DNA from: Longimicrobiales bacterium
GTDB taxonomy: Bacteria > Gemmatimonadota > Gemmatimonadetes > Longimicrobiales > Gaopeijiaceae
DNA length: 64,000 nt
Reading direction: 5' to 3'
Assembly: GCA_965202805.1 (NCBI GenBank)
Contig: OZ241869.1
Location: 96,001 to 160,000 of the forward strand
Made by a program: the position numbers and the translations under genes. The notes under the pieces are model-generated. The model was not told the DNA's origin, ran no database searches, and saw only the letters and a program-made list of their open reading frames with translations. Shown here one piece after another: positions 57,790 through 64,000 of the stretch. How positions within the stretch are numbered: position 1 is the first letter of the stretch; each line of letters begins with the position of its first letter.

Positions 57790-58161
57790 TCATCTCAGAT
57801 ACGCGTCGGTGCCGTCCAGCCAGTCCTGCCGGGGCGGGCAGAAGACGTCCACGTCGAGCGTGTCCTCGAGCGCGACCGCCTTGTGCGGCACCCACGAGGG
57901 AATGTGCAGGACCTCTCCGGCGCGCACGACTACCTCCTCGCTCTCATCCTCCCCGATCCAGAAGTGCAGCGCGCCCTCCAGCACATAGGTGAGCTGTTCG
58001 TTGTCGTGCGAATGCAGCGGCACGACGGAGCCCTTGTCCAGATATATGTGCGCGAGCATCATGCGCTCGCCCGTCACCAGGCGCCTTCCGAGTCCTTCCT
58101 TGACCTCTTCGATCGGCATGTCGTCCCAGCGGAAGTGGCGTACACTCGTTCCCGCGCTCAT
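57790..58161 (-). CDS. Cupin domain protein (KdgF-like), copy 1
   Basis: PLHSHDNEQ...PH...DVFCPPRQD. Confidence 0.88.
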   Translation of the reverse strand: MSAGTSVRHFRWDDMPIEEVKEGLGRRLVTGERMMLAHIYLDKGSVVPLHSHDNEQLTYVLEGALHFWIGEDESEEVVVRAGEVLHIPSWVPHKAVALEDTLDVDVFCPPRQDWLDGTDAYLR

Positions 58162-58309
58162 TTGCTCTCCCTGGTGATGGCGGATTGGGCCGGCAGTTGG
58201 GCCGGGCGAACCCTCTCAATACCGTAACCGCGGGACTTCGGCAAGTAGCGGTAGTCGATGGTTCCGAAGTTGGCGCAGGGTCGGTCGGCCCGGGCGGCCT
58301 CGGCGCACC

Positions 58310-58687
58310 TCACCGCAAGTAGTTGTCGGTGCCGTCCAGCCAGTCCTGGCGAGGCGGGCAGAAGACATCGGTCACCAGCGTGTCCTCGAGCGCGAGCGCG
58401 CTGTGCGGCAATCCGGAGGGAATGCAGAGCACTTCGCCGGAGCGGACGATCACCTCCTCACCCTCGTCCCCGTCCTCCCCGAGCCGGAGCCGGAGCGCGC
58501 CATCCAGCACGTGGGCGATCTGCTCGTTGTCGTGCGCGTGCAGCGGGACGACGGTGCCCCGGGCCATGTACCAGTGCGCGAGCATCATGCGCCGGCCGGT
58601 CACCACGCGCCTTCCCAGACCTTCCTTCACCTCTTCCATTGGCATATCGTCCCACCGGAAATGACGGGCGCGCCGCTCGGGGCTCAT
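58310..58687 (-). CDS. Cupin domain protein (KdgF-like), copy 2
   Basis: PLHAHDNEQ...PH...DVFCPPRQD; tandem paralog. Confidence 0.88.
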   Translation of the reverse strand: MSPERRARHFRWDDMPMEEVKEGLGRRVVTGRRMMLAHWYMARGTVVPLHAHDNEQIAHVLDGALRLRLGEDGDEGEEVIVRSGEVLCIPSGLPHSALALEDTLVTDVFCPPRQDWLDGTDNYLR

Positions 58688-58910
58688 TGATTCTCCTTGG
58701 TGATGGCTCGGGCGTGTCGGCGATTCGCCGGGCGAACCCCCTCAATACCGTAACCGGCTTCATTCGGCAAGTGGCGCGCATATTGCCGGGGATTTCGGGT
58801 GGTGAGGCCGGGGCCCGCGGGGCGGGGCGGCGGGGTTGCGACCCATGTGAGCAGGGAGAAACGAGGGACCGGGCGAGCGCTCGCAGGTCCCGATCAGGGG
58901 AGGAAACGAC

Positions 58911-59633
58911 GTGTCCGAGGCGAATTCGGAGGCCCGGGGCCCGGGGGGACCGCGACGGTGGCTGCTGGTGCTTGCGGCGGTGGCGGTGATCGCGCTGCTG
59001 GTGTTTGCGGGGAGGTCGCTGGCCGGGGCCATCCCGGCGCTCGCGGAGCGCATCGAGGGGCTGGGGATATGGGGTCCGGTGGTCTTCGTGTGCGCCTACG
59101 CCGCCGCCACGGTGGCCTTTGCGCCGGGCTCGATTCTGACGCTCGCCGCGGGAGCCATCTTCGGCATCGCGCGCGGGACCGTGATCGTATTCGTGGGAGC
59201 CACGACGGGGGCGGCGCTCGCCTTTCTGGTGGCGCGCTACCTCGCCCGGTCCGCGATCGAGCGCAAGGTGGCCGGCTATCCCCGCTTCGCCGCCATCGAC
59301 CGCGCCATCGGCGAACAGGGGCGCAGGATCGTCTTCCTGCTGCGGCTGTCGCCGGTCTTTCCCTTCAACCTGCTCAACTATGCGCTCGGGCTGACCCGGG
59401 TTCGCTTCGTGGACTATCTGATCGCGTCGCTGGGGATGATTCCCGGGACGCTGCTGTACGTCTACTACGGCCAGGTGATCGGCGACGTGGCGGCGCTGGC
59501 GAGCGGGGTGGAGGTGGCGCGGGGCGCGGGTTACTACACGGTGCTCGGGGTCGGGCTGGCGGCCACGATCGTGGTCACGACCCTGGTCACGCGCATCGCC
59601 CGGCGGGCGCTGAAGGAGATCACGGGGGATTGA
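58911..59633 (+). CDS. TVP38/TMEM64 (DedA superfamily) membrane protein
   Basis: PGSILTLAAGAIFG, LLRLSPVFPFNLLNYALGLT. Confidence 0.92.
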   Translation: MSEANSEARGPGGPRRWLLVLAAVAVIALLVFAGRSLAGAIPALAERIEGLGIWGPVVFVCAYAAATVAFAPGSILTLAAGAIFGIARGTVIVFVGATTGAALAFLVARYLARSAIERKVAGYPRFAAIDRAIGEQGRRIVFLLRLSPVFPFNLLNYALGLTRVRFVDYLIASLGMIPGTLLYVYYGQVIGDVAALASGVEVARGAGYYTVLGVGLAATIVVTTLVTRIARRALKEITGD

Positions 59634-59665
59634 GGGTGGTGGTGCGGTGGCGGCGGTCGGCGCAG

Positions 59666-59938
59666 GCCGGGGGCGCCGGGATGCGATGGCGTTCGCGTGG
59701 CCAGGCCCGGTTGGTGGGTATTGGCCGGGCGCCGGGATGTGATATTGGGCCGTGCTTGCGCGCGGCGTGCCGGGAGATTGCCGGGCGCCGGGATGTGGGA
59801 TTGGGTGGCGCTTGCCCGGAGCGTGCCGGAGGTCGCCGGGCGCCGGGATGCGATTCCGGGCCGCGGCGGGCGCGATTCCTGCCGGGATACAGGGGTGCAG
59901 GTCGCTCGCCGGGCGCCGGGATGCGATTCCGGGCCGCG
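59666..59938. repeat. Degenerate intergenic repeat array, 5 copies
   Basis: Core GGGCGCCGGGATG at 59671, 59727, 59783, 59838 and 59911. Confidence 0.85.
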
Positions 59939-59984
59939 CGGGCGCGGACATGAAGCGATGAGACCAGGAACGGAGAGATAGACC

Positions 59985-61532
59985 GTGTCGGCAGACCGAG
60001 TGGTGATTCTTCCCGACGACGCGCACAACCGCGAACTGGTGGGTCATGTGCACCCGCCGGACTGGCGCAACCCCGAACCCCGCGACCGCTACCACTTGGT
60101 CGTGGTCGGGGCGGGGACAGGGGGGCTGGTGAGTGCCGCCATCGGCGCAGGGCTGGGCGCGAGGGTCGCACTGGTTGAGCGCCACCTGATGGGCGGCGAC
60201 TGCCTCAACTTCGGGTGCGTCCCCTCCAAGGCGGTGATCAGTTCGGCCCGGAGGGTGCACGCGGCGCGCCCGGCCGGCACGAACGGTCGCCGGGGTGGGG
60301 AAGGGGGCGGCGGGGCGGCGGAAGTGTCCGGCGCCGGGAGCGACTTCGCCGCCGCCATGGAGCGCATGCGCCGGCTGCGCGCCCGCATCAGCCCGATCGA
60401 CGGCGCGTCCCGTTTCGCCGGGCTGGGGGTGGACGTCTTCCTGGGACACGGCGAGTTCGTCGGCCCCGACCGCCTTCGGGTTAATGGAGACGAACTCCAC
60501 TTCCGCCGCGCGATCATCGCGACCGGCGCCCGTGCTGCGCTCATCCCGGTGCCCGGGCTGGAAGGCCCCGGCGTCTACACCAACGAGACCATCTTCTCGC
60601 TCACCGAGCTGCCGCCGCGCCTGATGGTGATCGGCGCCGGCCCCATCGGGGTGGAGTTGGCCCAGACCTTCGCGCGCTTCGGCAGCCGGGTGACCGTGGT
60701 GCACGCCGACGCTCACCCGCTGCCACGCGACGACCGGGACGCGGCCGCCATCGTGACCCGGGCGATCGAGACCGACGGCGTGCGCGTTCTGAATTCGGCA
60801 GCGGTGCTGCGCGCGCGCCGCGAGGATGGCGTCACCGTACTCGAAGTCGAACACACCGGACAGCGGGAGCAACTCGCGGCCGAGGCCGTTTTGGTGGCGG
60901 CCGGCCGGGCTCCCAACGTCGGCGGGATGGGACTCGAGGCCGCGGGCGTCGCCCACGACCGCGCCGGCATCCACGTCGACGACCAGTTGCGCACCACCGC
61001 AAAGGGCATCTACGCGGTAGGCGATGTGGCGTCGAAGCACCAGTTCACCCACGCCGCCGACCACCAGGCCCGCATCGCCGTGCAGAACGCGCTCTTCTTC
61101 GGCCGCGGCCGAGCCAGCCGCCTGGTGATCCCGTGGGCGACCTACACCGAGCCGGAGGTCGCCCACGTCGGCCTCCACCGCGACGAGGCCGTCCAGGCGG
61201 GCCACGACGTAGAGACCATCACCGTCCACTTCGACGACATCGACCGCGCCATCCTCGAGGGCGAGAAGGAAGGCTTCCTCCGCGTTCATCTGAAGAAGGG
61301 AAGCGACCGCATTCTGGGGGCGACGCTGGTGTCGGCGCACGCGGGCGACATGATCGGCGAAATCACGCTGGCGATGACCGCCGGCCTGGGCCTGGGCAAG
61401 CTCGGGAGCACGATTCACCCCTATCCCACGCGCAGCGATGCCTTCGCGCGCGCGGCCAACGCATGGCGCAAGCAGAAGCTGACACCCACCGCCCGGAAGG
61501 TGTTTCGCGCCTTCTTCCGGGTGTTCAGGTAG
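59985..61532 (+). CDS. Pyridine nucleotide-disulfide oxidoreductase (MerA/LpdA-like)
   Basis: GAGTGG, GGDCLNFGCVPSK, IHPYPT; no C-terminal Cys-Cys. Confidence 0.88.
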   Translation: MSADRVVILPDDAHNRELVGHVHPPDWRNPEPRDRYHLVVVGAGTGGLVSAAIGAGLGARVALVERHLMGGDCLNFGCVPSKAVISSARRVHAARPAGTNGRRGGEGGGGAAEVSGAGSDFAAAMERMRRLRARISPIDGASRFAGLGVDVFLGHGEFVGPDRLRVNGDELHFRRAIIATGARAALIPVPGLEGPGVYTNETIFSLTELPPRLMVIGAGPIGVELAQTFARFGSRVTVVHADAHPLPRDDRDAAAIVTRAIETDGVRVLNSAAVLRARREDGVTVLEVEHTGQREQLAAEAVLVAAGRAPNVGGMGLEAAGVAHDRAGIHVDDQLRTTAKGIYAVGDVASKHQFTHAADHQARIAVQNALFFGRGRASRLVIPWATYTEPEVAHVGLHRDEAVQAGHDVETITVHFDDIDRAILEGEKEGFLRVHLKKGSDRILGATLVSAHAGDMIGEITLAMTAGLGLGKLGSTIHPYPTRSDAFARAANAWRKQKLTPTARKVFRAFFRVFR

Positions 61533-61548
61533 GGCGGTGGTGGCCGGG

Positions 61549-62526
61549 ATGACCCGCCCGGGCGGCGCGACCGCCGTGCGCGTCTCCGCTCCCGCCACCA
61601 TCGGCAACATCGCGTGCGGCTTCGATGTCTTCGGCATGGCGATCGAGCGGCCGTGCGACGCGGTGGTCGCGCGCGCGACGCCGGAGCCGGGGGTGACCAT
61701 CGAGCGCATTGCCGGCGACGTGGGACCCATCCCCGCCGATCCGGCGCGCAACAGCGCCGGTGTGGCCGCCCGCGCCGTGCTGGAGATGAGCGGCGTCGAT
61801 TCGGCAGGGGTGGCGCTCGAGCTTCACAAGGGCATTCCCCTCGCTGGCGGCATGGGCGGCAGTGCCTCCAGCGCGGTGGCGGGGGCGGTGGCGGCGGATC
61901 GGGCGACGAGGGCCGGCCTCTCCCGGAGACAGCTGCTCCGCTGTGCGGTGGCTGGCGAACTGGCGGGTTCGGGATCGCCGGCCGCGGACAATGTCGCACC
62001 CGCCCTGTACGGCGGAATCGTGCTGGTCCTCCCGGGCAGATCGCTGCACGTCGTGGAGCTTCCCGTCCCCGCGGAGCTGTGGGCGGTCGTGGTCCGCCCG
62101 GATCTGGAGACCCGCACGGAGGATGCCCGTCGCGTGCTGGGCGAACACGTACCCCTCAAGGCCGCGGTGACGCAGTGGGCCAACACCGCTGCCTTCACCG
62201 CGGGGCTCTACGCGTCGGATTGGGACCTCATCTCCCGATCCATCAGAGATGTCATCGCGGAACCGCTGCGCGCCGGACGCGTCCCCGGTTTCGCCCGGGC
62301 CAGGGAAGCGGCGATGACCCGCGGCGCCCTCGGCTTCTCCCTGTCCGGGTCCGGGCCCTCGGTCTTCGCGCTGTGCCGGGGCTGCGAGACGGCCGAAGAC
62401 GTCGCAGCGGGGATCCGCCGGGCCTTTGGCGAGACCGCGGCGCTCGAGTGCGACGTCCATGTCTCTCCCGTCAACCGGCGTGGGGTGCGCGTCGAGGACG
62501 CCCGCCCGGGCGACACGACGCGGTGA
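61549..62526 (+). CDS. thrB: Homoserine kinase
   Basis: APATIGNIACGFD, GHMP motif GIPLAGGMGGSASS, DNVAPAL, SGSGPS. Confidence 0.9.
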   Translation: MTRPGGATAVRVSAPATIGNIACGFDVFGMAIERPCDAVVARATPEPGVTIERIAGDVGPIPADPARNSAGVAARAVLEMSGVDSAGVALELHKGIPLAGGMGGSASSAVAGAVAADRATRAGLSRRQLLRCAVAGELAGSGSPAADNVAPALYGGIVLVLPGRSLHVVELPVPAELWAVVVRPDLETRTEDARRVLGEHVPLKAAVTQWANTAAFTAGLYASDWDLISRSIRDVIAEPLRAGRVPGFARAREAAMTRGALGFSLSGSGPSVFALCRGCETAEDVAAGIRRAFGETAALECDVHVSPVNRRGVRVEDARPGDTTR

Positions 62527-62587
62527 CCTGCCTGCTCGCGGTGCGTCAGCCGTTGCCCGTCCTCCCGGACTGCGGTCCCGAATTCCG

Positions 62588-63889
62588 TTGAGGCTCGTCA
62601 GCACCTCGGGTGACGCGGCTCCCGTCTCCTTCAGGGAGGCGCTCTTCCAGGGTCTCGCACCCGATGGCGGACTCTTCATGCCGGAGCGGCTTACGCCCCT
62701 TTCCCCGCCGGACGTCGAGGCGCTGAGGGGAGCCGGTGCCATCGAATGCGGCCTTGCCGTGGCGCGTCATCTTCTCGGCGATGAACTGGAGGATGAAGTG
62801 CTGGCATCCGCCGTGCGCGAGGCGCTCGGCTTCCCGCTGCCGCTGGTTCCACTGGGCCCGCGCGCGCACGTGCTGGAGCTGTTTCACGGCCCCACGCTGG
62901 CATTCAAGGATGTGGGGGCGCGCTTCATGGGCTGTCTGATGTCGAGGTTGCAGCGCTCCGGGCCTTCCCTGACGGTCATGGTGGCGACTTCGGGCGACAC
63001 CGGCGGGGCTGTCGCGCACGCCTTTCTCGGCCTGCCGCGGACGCGCGTGGTGGTGCTGTTCCCGGAGGGGCAGGTGAGCGAGCGCCAGCAGCGGCAGTTC
63101 ACGACGCTGGGCGACCAGGTGCTCGCCGTGGCCGTCGCCGGCGCCTTCGACGACTGCCAGCGTCTGGTGAAGGCGATGTTCCGCGATCGGCAGGTGGCCG
63201 AGGCGCTCGCGCTCACCTCCGCGAATTCGATCAATATCGGACGCCTGCTGCCGCAGATCTTCTACTACTTCCACGCGTGGGCGCAGCTGAACCGGCGCGA
63301 GCCGCCGCTCTTCTCGGTGCCGTCGGGGAACTTCGGCAACCTGGCAGCCGGCCTCATGGCCCGCGAGCTGGGGTTGCCCGTTGCGGGCTTTGTCACCGCG
63401 ACCAACGCCAACGACGTCGTCCCGGAGTACCTGCGGACGGGTTTCTACGAGCCGCGGGCGTCGGTGCGCACGCTCTCAAGCGCGATGGATGTCGGTGCGC
63501 CTTCGAATCTGGCGCGCATCCTCGCTCTGTTCGATGGCGAGCTGGGGCGTCTGCGGGGATGCCTGTCGGGCTCGGCATGGAGCGACGGCGATACGCGGGA
63601 GGCGATGAAGCGTGTTTTCGACGAGCAGGGCTACGTCCTGGACCCGCACACCGCGGTCGGATGGCTCGCGTTGGAGCAGGCCCTCGCCGAAGACCCGGAT
63701 GCACAGGGCGTGGTGCTGGCCACGGCTCACCCGGCCAAGTTCGGTGACATCGTCGAGGAAGCCATCGGGGGGGCCGTTCCCGTTCCCGAGCAACTGGCCG
63801 CGGGGGCGACGAGGCACTCGCGCTTCGTCAGGATTCCTCCCAGCTTGCACGAGTTGCAGCGGGTTTTGATGGGATGGGCGGGTGCGTAG
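62588..63889 (+). CDS. thrC: Threonine synthase
   Basis: GLAPDGGL, ELFHGPTLAFKD, ATSGDTG, NSINIGR, TAHPAKF; TTG start inferred. Confidence 0.93.
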   Translation: MRLVSTSGDAAPVSFREALFQGLAPDGGLFMPERLTPLSPPDVEALRGAGAIECGLAVARHLLGDELEDEVLASAVREALGFPLPLVPLGPRAHVLELFHGPTLAFKDVGARFMGCLMSRLQRSGPSLTVMVATSGDTGGAVAHAFLGLPRTRVVVLFPEGQVSERQQRQFTTLGDQVLAVAVAGAFDDCQRLVKAMFRDRQVAEALALTSANSINIGRLLPQIFYYFHAWAQLNRREPPLFSVPSGNFGNLAAGLMARELGLPVAGFVTATNANDVVPEYLRTGFYEPRASVRTLSSAMDVGAPSNLARILALFDGELGRLRGCLSGSAWSDGDTREAMKRVFDEQGYVLDPHTAVGWLALEQALAEDPDAQGVVLATAHPAKFGDIVEEAIGGAVPVPEQLAAGATRHSRFVRIPPSLHELQRVLMGWAGA

Positions 63890-64000
63890 CTGGACCATGA
63901 GGCTCGGGCCTGACGATCTTCGTCCTGACCTGACCATGTCTTCTGGTCCGATCGAGGTTCTTTCCCGGCGACAAGGAAACCGCCCATGAAGAAGAAGGGA

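Noticed and set aside
59666..59938. CRISPR array
   Set aside because: The conserved core is only 13-16 bp, spacers resemble each other, spacing is uneven and there are no cas genes.
63727..64000. Minus-strand gene entering from the right edge
   Set aside because: Too little sequence, it overlaps thrC and it has no recognisable motif.

Overview
High-GC bacterial chromosomal window. The gene content (S9 peptidases, serine hydrolases, BlaI/M56-plug, TPR and Ig-domain lipoproteins) suggests Gemmatimonadota; this is an inference. It is mostly metabolic: oxc-frc with a POT transporter, a class V aminotransferase, a Tat sulfite oxidase with cytochrome c, a TonB receptor, an acyl-CoA ligase with a crotonase, SAM-I riboswitch-controlled metX-metB, ilvE, thrB-thrC and a flotillin/NfeD pair. 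There are two complete toxin-antitoxin pairs and two orphan antitoxins. The main hidden feature is an OsmC-family gene (7964-8422) that the ORF track cuts at an in-frame UGA. That UGA lies at the catalytic Cys position and is followed by a SECIS-like hairpin, so the product is probably a selenoprotein, and the gene overlaps (ATGA) the sulfite oxidase gene. Other points of interest: a free-standing copy of the BlaR1/M56 C-terminal module, three evenly spaced candidate BlaI operators with tandem promoters, a cupin duplicated with its promoter, and several intergenic repeats. No rRNA, tRNA, CRISPR array or transposase was seen.
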